Part shown: positions 57,576-64,000 of the stretch, one piece after another | Position numbering within the stretch: the stretch's first letter is position 1 | Layout: each line of letters begins with the position of its first letter | Assembly (NCBI GenBank): GCA_963813025.1 | Contig: CAWEXO010000003.1 | Coordinates: 22,607 to 86,606, forward strand | Direction: 5' to 3' | Origin: an uncultured Verrucomicrobiae bacterium | GTDB taxonomy: Bacteria > Verrucomicrobiota > Verrucomicrobiia > Chthoniobacterales > JAFAMB01 | Length of the DNA stretch: 64,000 nucleotides | Position numbers and translations under genes: made by a program | The notes under the pieces: generated by a model | The model's database searches: none | The model's input: only the letters and a program-made list of their open reading frames with translations | Told to the model about the DNA's origin: nothing

Positions 57576-57739
57576 CACTTCGTCATCGACGTGTCTTCCA
57601 AGACGATCCGCTCGGTCCACACACAGAAAGGCGGATCCTACCTTGCGTACTGAGAGGCTAAGAACTCTCATTGAAGAAAAAATGTTGACTGACGGTTAGC
57701 CATGCTCACTGAAATGTCTCGTCACTTGACTGGGTACTT

Positions 57740-58850
57740 ACCTGAAAAAAGAAGCGATGTTATCACGCATTGGCTGTTGTTTGATTTCTTATTCACCCGT
57801 CTCGCCGTCGATAAGAATTTCGCGGCCCTCTGCAAGTTTACCGAGGACGTTGAGCTTTTCTCCGAAGAAACATGAGCGTCCATCGCTCCGGTGGTTGCCC
57901 TAGCCCGAGGACCAGCCGGTCAATCGCAAACGTATTGTCGCCTTGCAAGTCCCCTTGACCGCATTGACCCGAGGGGAGCCTTCAAATCGATCATCAAAAT
58001 CATGGTAGGTTAGCTCTCCCCTTCGATACAGTCCGTCCAGTCCGATCGGGCCGGTAAATCTCGGCCCGGATTTGGTTTCGTCACGGGCGTAAGTCACGAT
58101 GTCGTAATGCGGCTGCTGACCAGTCAAGATTAGCGACAACGACTTCACATTTATTTCGTTAGGGGGAAACCTATACACCTTTCCTGAGATGAGAGCCGTC
58201 GTGTTCGGGATCGGGCCGACATCGGTGGGCTTCTCGGTTGAGACATCGAGTATCTTGTTTGCCAGCAGCTTCGCGCCCGCGGCGTCAGCCGGGAGCGACG
58301 TATCCGATTTTACTGCCCTGGAAATAGTGTCGGCGAATTTGCTCATTGAGTAATCATTGGCGCTTGCCCGTGGTCACCGTCACAACATCTAAATCGGGAG
58401 AGACCATGATCACCTGGCGATGATGGCCGGCCGCCATGTAGACATTCTTTTCTGGGAGAGCCCAAAAAAGGTTGGAATACCGGAGTTTTGGCTCCCAAGA
58501 GGCACGCATATCCACTGTGGCGTTGCTCACTTTATTGATCCAGGCGGCCGGCAGCAGTTGCTTACCTTCCCACACGCCATTGCGCAGGTAGAGATAACTA
58601 ATCTTCGCCATATCGCGAGGCTGCAAGGGACAATCCGTATCCCCCAATCGAGATGCCTTGAGGATCGTGCCGCCAGTACACATCGTTGATTCCTAGAGGG
58701 CCAAAAAGCTTGGTTTGCTTATTCCAAGGCACTCATTCCGGTGAGTTTAGTGAAAATCGCGGAAAGGAGGTGAGGATTGCCGCTGTTATAGTAGAAGATC
58801 TCCCCTGGAGCACTCGACATCGGTCTGTCGAGGATGAATTTGACCCAGTC
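57740..58850 (-). pseudogene. Serine hydrolase (beta-lactamase class C-like) fragments
   Basis: LQPRDMAKISYLYLRNGVWEGKQLLPAAWI...YSNLFW...YMAAGHHRQ; multiple frameshifts, N-terminus absent. Confidence 0.75.
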
Positions 58851-59263
58851 AGGGCTGCGCGCCATTTCGAGCACGGCAAAGATTTAGAAGCTCTTCCTGC
58901 TCCGGTTGATAAATGATCTTGGTAGGTCCGACGCCAACCATCTCACCGTTTGAGTGGCGGCAGATGAAATCAGGTGCTTCGCTATCGCAGACTAGGGTTA
59001 ATTGCTCGCCAATAGCGGACTGTCGTGCACGGAGGAAATACTCCAAATGCTCTCGTTCTTGCTCTTTTATTAGCGTAAGCCATTGTGGCGCAAATTCACG
59101 ATAAGGGAACTTGGTGTCATAGAGCCAATAGCGCATTTTTCTGGAAAATCGGCAATCCTTGGAACTCGGCAAAAGCGTTACCATACACTGTTACCACAAG
59201 CAAAGTTCACCTGCTGATTTTTTCTCATGTAAGTCCCTGCGATCCAGCTTGTTGCAGTTTTAA

Positions 59264-59309
59264 GCGACCCTAACGGGATTCGAACCCGTGTTACCGCCGT
59301 GAAAGGGCG
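59264..59309 (-). other. 3' half of tRNA-Glu(TTC), probable att site of an integrative element
   Basis: Reverse complement CGCCCTTTCACGGCGGTAACACGGGTTCGAATCCCGTTAGGGTCGC gives anticodon arm, T arm and 3' acceptor strand; no D arm or 5' strand. Confidence 0.9.
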
Positions 59310-59606
59310 CAGCATGTTATTTATAACATATTGTTAATAAGCAACTTATGAAAGTCATTGAAAGATGTAGCGCATTTTGTAGCTCAAGAAGAAGAGATCT
59401 CAGTGTGAGTGGTCACGTCCAGCACCCCGGCAATCCACGACGAACCGCTCGCAGCGTGCACGGTGGGAGACTCAGGTTGAGGCCTCACCGTGAGGCTGTA
59501 GCAGCGGTCTAGGGCGCAAATGGGTGAGGGCGTCGATTTCAGTGAAATCGTAGACTAACCCCGCTTTTTTCCGCGAAATCGTAGACCGTTTGCACTCTCC
59601 AAAGGG

Positions 59607-59726
59607 GTTGGGCTGAAAAATTGGCGGCGGCTGCGTTGCTCGTCGGTCACGTCTCGCTTCAGATATGCTCCCTTCTTACCGCCAGTCCGGCTCGGACCGC
59701 CTTGCCGGCGGCCATTTGCGCCCAAC
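59607..59726. repeat. Imperfect long inverted repeat (REP/MITE-like hairpin)
   Basis: GTTGGGCTGAAAAATTGGCGGCGGC pairs imperfectly with GCCGGCGGCCATTTGCGCCCAAC. Confidence 0.55.
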
Positions 59727-59822
59727 GCTGCTATCCATTCCTCTGACTTGGTGCACTAGAGCCCGGCTTAGTTGAGAAGAGTCTTGTTCAAGGTGGGGCT
59801 CGACGCAATATTGTCTGCAACG

Positions 59823-59963
59823 ATGAATCGGAAATTGTTGCCCTGGTTTTTGGCACTCGCAGCCGCGACGCTCGTTTTGAACTCTTGCGCTAGCGAGGAG
59901 GGTGTAGCCCCGGCGAGCGGTGAGCTGACAGAAGTCACGGTGGCTACTAGTGGCACCGTCTAG
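59823..59963 (+). CDS. Small putative lipoprotein (46 aa)
   Basis: MNRKLLPWFLALAAATLVLNSC: basic start, hydrophobic core, LNSC lipobox. Confidence 0.5.
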   Translation: MNRKLLPWFLALAAATLVLNSCASEEGVAPASGELTEVTVATSGTV

Positions 59964-60098
59964 TGCACCAGGAGGCCGTGACCGCTCTCCCACGGCTCTT
60001 ATCCTGGCAAAGCGGCGGACCTCATAGCAAATTCCAGAGTCTACACCCGCCGGCAATGCTGGAAACCCTTAAGACCAAGCCAAACCGGTCGGATCCGA

Positions 60099-60203
60099 AT
60101 GTATTCGTTAAAGAGCGCATTTGAGAAGGTCCTGTGGAATAGCCGCTTCGTTGTTCTGTTTGCAGTGATCACTAGCGTTCTGGCTGGGGTGGTTTTGTTC
60201 TGC
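60099..60203 (+). pseudogene. YqhA/UPF0114-like membrane protein N-terminal fragment
   Basis: MYSLKSAFEKVLWNSRFVVLFAVITSVL, cut by IS256-derived sequence. Confidence 0.55.
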
Positions 60204-60399
60204 GTCGATGGCGAAGAACAAACCCAACAGGCAGCCTAACCATCATTTAATTAACGCGATCGTTTTCGAAGGATGCGCCAGTAACCCGATACACAACTGA
60301 TACCAGTCTCAAAGTTGTTCACGTCGGCGGAAAGAACGCCGCTGACGAGAGCGTCATAACCGCCGCCGATGTGAATAACTTTGCCGCAGCCAAGGGGAC

Positions 60400-60600
60400 G
60401 ATTGTGAATGCCGCCGTTTCAAAACACAATCCGATGGGCTCAGGCAACTTTGGGCCAGCACGGTCTTACACAACCCGCCCTGAGAGGGCTTTCAAAAGAG
60501 CACCGACTGGCTGGAAGGCGCGGCGTCGAGAAGTCTGAGAGAACACCATCCCACGAGGATTCCAGTATCAGTTCGACTAGTGACGCGCGAGCGCTGGGCA
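60400..60600 (+). ncRNA. Predicted IS110 bridge RNA with target- and donor-binding loops
   Basis: Guides TACACAAC (60467-60474) and TCAAAAG (60492-60498) match the target; AGAGAACA (60538-60545) and GTATCAG (60565-60571) match the donor junction. Each pair flanks a hairpin and is closed by a stem. RNA ends are approximate. Confidence 0.85.
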
Positions 60601-60626
60601 CAATCAACCGTAAGAAAGGCAAAGAC

Positions 60627-61892
60627 ATGAAAAACTGGAATGAATTCACCCATTTCGCCGACATCGACTGGGCCAAGAACAAGCACGAGGTCGTCATTCT
60701 GGATCAATCCGGAAAAATCGTCGCTCGGTCTACGCTCACCCATGACGCGGCCGGCTGGCAGAACTGGAATCAATCGATTGTTAGCTACCGCGGGAATCTG
60801 GCCGTTTGCGTAGAAACGAATCAAGGTGCCGTGATCGAACGACTGCTTCAAAGTGATTGCCGCGTTTATCCGGTTCATCCACCCCGAGCCAAGCAATACC
60901 GCCAACGCAAGATCTCCAGTGGAAACAAGACCGATTTTCTTGACGCGTGGGCCTTGGCGGATGCGTTGCGCATGGACGGCTATAGCTGGCGGGCGCTGGG
61001 ACCGAGCGATCCACTGATCAATGAACTGCGTCTGCTGTGCCGCGATGAGGAGAGCTTCATCGAACAGAGGACGGCTTTGGTTAACCAACTCCAGCAAGCC
61101 CTCTACGAGTATTATCAAACCGCGCTGGATGCTTTCGAGGAATGGACCCTTCCCAGCGCTTGGGCGTTCGTGGAGCGTTTTCCCACCCCCGAGCTTCTGA
61201 TCGCTGCCGGCAAGCGCATGTGGCAGAAATTTCTCCACACTCATCGACTCGCTCATCCAAAGACCTTCGCCAAGCGATTGGACGTCTTTGCCAAAGCCGA
61301 CCGGTTCTTGGTTCGTAGCGAGATCAGCCGAGCCAAAAGTCGACAGGTATTGACTCTTATTCGGCTGCTGCGGGCCTTGGAAAGCCAGCTCGATGCTTAT
61401 CGTGATGAGATCGAGCGCTTGTTCGCCCAACATTCCGACTGCGATCTTTATCGCTCGTTGCCAGGAGTGGGCAAGAAACTCGGCCCACGCCTGCTTGGAG
61501 AAATTGGTTCGGACCGCTCAATGTTTTCCAGCTCACAAGCCTTGCAATGCGTGGCAGGAACGGCCCCCGTGAGCTACCAATCCGGCCAGATCCACAAGGT
61601 TTATCTTCGCCGTCACTGCAACAAGTTTCTGCGCCATACCGTTCACCTGTGGGCTGACCTAAGTCGCGCTCGCTCGCCCTGGGCCCAAATTTATTACCAG
61701 CAACAACGTAGTCGCGGCAGAAGCCATGCCTGTGCCATCCGCGCCTTGGGCCAACGTTGGCTGAAAATCCTTTGGAAAATGTGGGTCTCAAACACGTCTT
61801 ACAATCCTGATTTCCACACTAAGAACCAACTCGAACATGGTTCTTGGGTCCTCAAACTTCTTACCCAGAGCCCCAACTCATTAGGTCAATAA
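60627..61892 (+). CDS. IS110-family DEDD recombinase (421 aa)
   Basis: ADIDWA, CVETN, KTDFLDA (DEDD), SLPGVG, APVSYQSG catalytic Ser region; AAGAAAGG RBS before ATG 60627. Confidence 0.95.
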   Translation: MKNWNEFTHFADIDWAKNKHEVVILDQSGKIVARSTLTHDAAGWQNWNQSIVSYRGNLAVCVETNQGAVIERLLQSDCRVYPVHPPRAKQYRQRKISSGNKTDFLDAWALADALRMDGYSWRALGPSDPLINELRLLCRDEESFIEQRTALVNQLQQALYEYYQTALDAFEEWTLPSAWAFVERFPTPELLIAAGKRMWQKFLHTHRLAHPKTFAKRLDVFAKADRFLVRSEISRAKSRQVLTLIRLLRALESQLDAYRDEIERLFAQHSDCDLYRSLPGVGKKLGPRLLGEIGSDRSMFSSSQALQCVAGTAPVSYQSGQIHKVYLRRHCNKFLRHTVHLWADLSRARSPWAQIYYQQQRSRGRSHACAIRALGQRWLKILWKMWVSNTSYNPDFHTKNQLEHGSWVLKLLTQSPNSLGQ

Positions 61893-62051
61893 CTTGATAA
61901 ACAAGCGCTTGAGAACACAGAGAACATCTTTTGACAATATCTCGTTCTGTGTAGAGCCTCAGCTCAGCGTCAAAGATTGTGGAGGGCCATTTGCCTCCCA
62001 GGAAGACTTCGGCGACAGTTTAAGGTGAAATAATCTCCCTTTCTAAAAACC

Positions 62052-62951
62052 TTGTCAGAGCAAGGATCGGAAGGGAAAACACAATCACAAACCACCGGAA
62101 ACCCGATGAGCCAGAACCTCAATCTGCTCCGGCAGAATTATTGCCGGCCTGCCATCGTGACTGGCAAGGAAGTCTCTTACCTCTTTCCGTTAGAGAAAGA
62201 GTGCGAGCAGGGGAAAGCCCTCCTCGCAAAAGCACCAAAAACGTTACTTCACCTGCAAAAGTTCAATCCATACGGCCTTCAACAAACCTATCGAGACGAA
62301 ACTACCGGCGCGGAACTACCGGTCTTCGCGGTCTTCAACCTCGAAGGCGACCACCGATCCGCTTTCGAAATCACCACAGACTCCGTCCCCATAACCGCTG
62401 AGTCTGGCAGCCTTCCCGCCTACATTCCATTTCATAGAACTCAAGCGTTCGTAAGGAAAATCAACGAAGGGCGGATGAAGGTCGAACGGCCAGCGGCTCG
62501 AATCTCTGTGATCCTGGGTAGCTTCCCTGTACTGGCTTATCTCTTCTCCCACATCGCGGTATTGGCCAGCCCCAGAGCCCCCTTCATTTTTGCGGGCGGA
62601 TGGGCCCTTGGCGCATTCCTCGCGTACGTACTAAGTTTGTGCGTGCTCGATCGGCTTTGCCCCTGGAAGAAATTGGTCATCACCGCAGAATTTAACGGTA
62701 TCCTTCCGAAAGAAGTCCGGGAAAAAGCACGCGCGGCCAGAGACCGCTTCGACAACCTCTACCTCATCGTCGATCAGCAACACCGTTGGGAAAGTGCTTT
62801 CTTGCCTGATCCAAGGATGCGCGCCTTAGACCCGCTTTTGATCGGCGAGCTCAAGCACGGCGGCCGGCATCAATTTTTCCTGATCGACCAATTCGATCTC
62901 ACCGAAGCAGAGCAGTACCTCGCTGACGAATTTGCTACTAAGCTGGCTTGA
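62052..62951 (+). CDS. Hypothetical protein with two central TM segments
   Basis: 299-aa ORF (alternative start MSQNLN), two hydrophobic helices between soluble domains. Confidence 0.7.
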   Translation: MSEQGSEGKTQSQTTGNPMSQNLNLLRQNYCRPAIVTGKEVSYLFPLEKECEQGKALLAKAPKTLLHLQKFNPYGLQQTYRDETTGAELPVFAVFNLEGDHRSAFEITTDSVPITAESGSLPAYIPFHRTQAFVRKINEGRMKVERPAARISVILGSFPVLAYLFSHIAVLASPRAPFIFAGGWALGAFLAYVLSLCVLDRLCPWKKLVITAEFNGILPKEVREKARAARDRFDNLYLIVDQQHRWESAFLPDPRMRALDPLLIGELKHGGRHQFFLIDQFDLTEAEQYLADEFATKLA

Positions 62952-63376
62952 GCCTTTGCCCGGCGACCGGCACAGCGATGTGATACGGACAGGTCTGGAA
63001 TTTACAGGTAGCCGACGCGTCTCAAGAAATCCGCCAGCGGGGTTCAGAAACTATCGCCGACCGTTGATGAAACAACGTTTTCATGGTTTGGGGATATTCC
63101 AACAAAGGTACGTAAAACGCCACGGAATTGTCGCCACTGACACAGTCCTGTTCACACGAGAAGCGGTGAGGCGTTAGACCCTTAATATCGTCCATGGCAT
63201 CAACCACGCCGGAGCACGCCGGGAGCCGTCCGGTTTCGATCGCGGGTCCCAACGCCCAAAAGCCCTTGGAGCTGCGGAGTATTGCCGCCGGCGCGGCTCC
63301 AGATATCCGTGAGCCTTTCGTTCGATTATCCTGGCAAATGCGCTAATCCCTGTGCTCGTTTTCGGTTTCAACGTTC

Positions 63377-63840
63377 CGGGTACTCAGTTAAAGATAAGGC
63401 TCTGTCCAATACGCCCGGTCAGGCGAACTCGTGAAAAAGCCCTCATACAATTTGGAGCACCACTATGTCCAGAATGAAGATTTTAAATGCCGTCGAACAG
63501 GAACAGTTTGAGTCCCCGCCGGTCTTCAATAGCGTCCAGCGGAAACAGTATTTTGATTTCTCCTCAGAGCTGCTGACTCTCGCCCAGGACCTTCAAACAC
63601 CCACGAATCAAGTCTGCTTTCTGGTGAGTTGCGGCTACTTCAAGGCCGCCAAGCGCTTCTTCCCGAACCGCCGGTGCTCGCGACGAGACCTCGACTACGT
63701 CGCGCAACAGCTTGGGTTTCAGCCCGAGTCGATCGATGTGAACAGCTATTCTGCAACGACCCGCCTTCGACACGAAAGGCTCATCCTCGACTTCTATGGC
63801 TTTCGACCCTTTGATTCGACGGCCAAGTCGTTCGCTGCTC
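63377..63840 (+). pseudogene. Tn3-family transposase N-terminal fragment (DUF4158-like) with possible TIR
   Basis: From ATG 63465: MSRMKILNAVEQEQFESPPVFNSVQRKQYFDF...GYFKAAKRFF; upstream CGGGTACTCAGTTAAAG...TACG resembles a Tn3-type end. Confidence 0.7.
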
Positions 63841-64000
63841 ACCGACTCCGACACCGCAAAATCCAGCAGGCCTTTCAGGCCCATGATGCAGATGAAGAAG
63901 CTAGATATCGAAGGTCTGCAGCGCGCATTTGCCGGACAACAACGGATCAGCTCAGGAAAGGGAAATTACGTACGCTTACGATGTCACAGGGATGGCTTTT

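Larger units (their letters stand above)
60299..61929 (+). mobile_element. IS110-family element, apparently intact, CT core at both junctions
   Basis: Removing it restores the IS256 TIR exactly; CT at 60297-60298 and 61928-61929; about 330-nt non-coding left end, short right end. Confidence 0.93.
60204..61943 (+). mobile_element. IS256 3'-end remnant (60204-60298 plus 61930-61943) split by the IS110 insertion
   Basis: Encodes VDGEEQTQQAA*, then GGATGCGCC...ATACACAACT | TTTGACAATATCTC, matching the reverse complement of the IS256 end at 10454-10545. Confidence 0.9.

Noticed and set aside
59264..59309. Functional tRNA-Glu gene
   Set aside because: The 5' acceptor strand and D arm are absent.
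59607..59726. Integron attC site (GTTGGGC...GCCCAAC)
   Set aside because: The core sites are in the reverse order for attC on either strand.
32878..60210. Large inversion splitting one IS256 at GTCGAT (5' part at 32878-33396, 3' part at 60204)
   Set aside because: Breakpoints and orientation fit, but the outer flanks (CATCAATTA versus GTTCTGTGT) show no shared target duplication, and a third 3' remnant exists near 45786.
60408..60626. N-terminal 73-aa extension of the IS110 transposase in the ORF track
   Set aside because: It overlaps the structured bridge-RNA region; an RBS and the DEDD domain start point to ATG 60627.

Overview
This is a 64-kb accessory-type bacterial region in which metabolic modules sit among dense insertion-sequence debris. 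The metabolic content includes two sugar ABC transporter operons. One of them lies in a frameshift-rich catabolic cluster with an FGGY kinase, SorC-type regulator, two SDRs and a split transketolase. Also present are an APC transporter, BON and HdeD genes, a secreted GH15 glucoamylase, leuCD, a KaiC-like ATPase plus histidine kinase, and an AraC-linked dehydrogenase/SDR/cupin cluster. Mobile DNA includes an IS110 interrupted by intact IS256 and IS1380 copies, IS66/IS3/IS630/IS256/Tn3 remnants, a 3.4-kb four-gene TGT...ACA transposon (DDE transposase plus ExeA-like AAA+ ATPase), and a tRNA-Glu 3' fragment that looks like an att site. The most striking observation is an intact IS110 at 60299-61929. 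Its left-end non-coding region has a readable bridge-RNA layout, and its target guides spell the terminal inverted repeat of the resident IS256. The element sits inside such an IS256 end, and an unoccupied perfect copy of the 14-nt target exists at 10463-10476. Many single-base frameshifts may be sequencing or assembly errors. All family calls come from motif recognition by eye, not from database searches.
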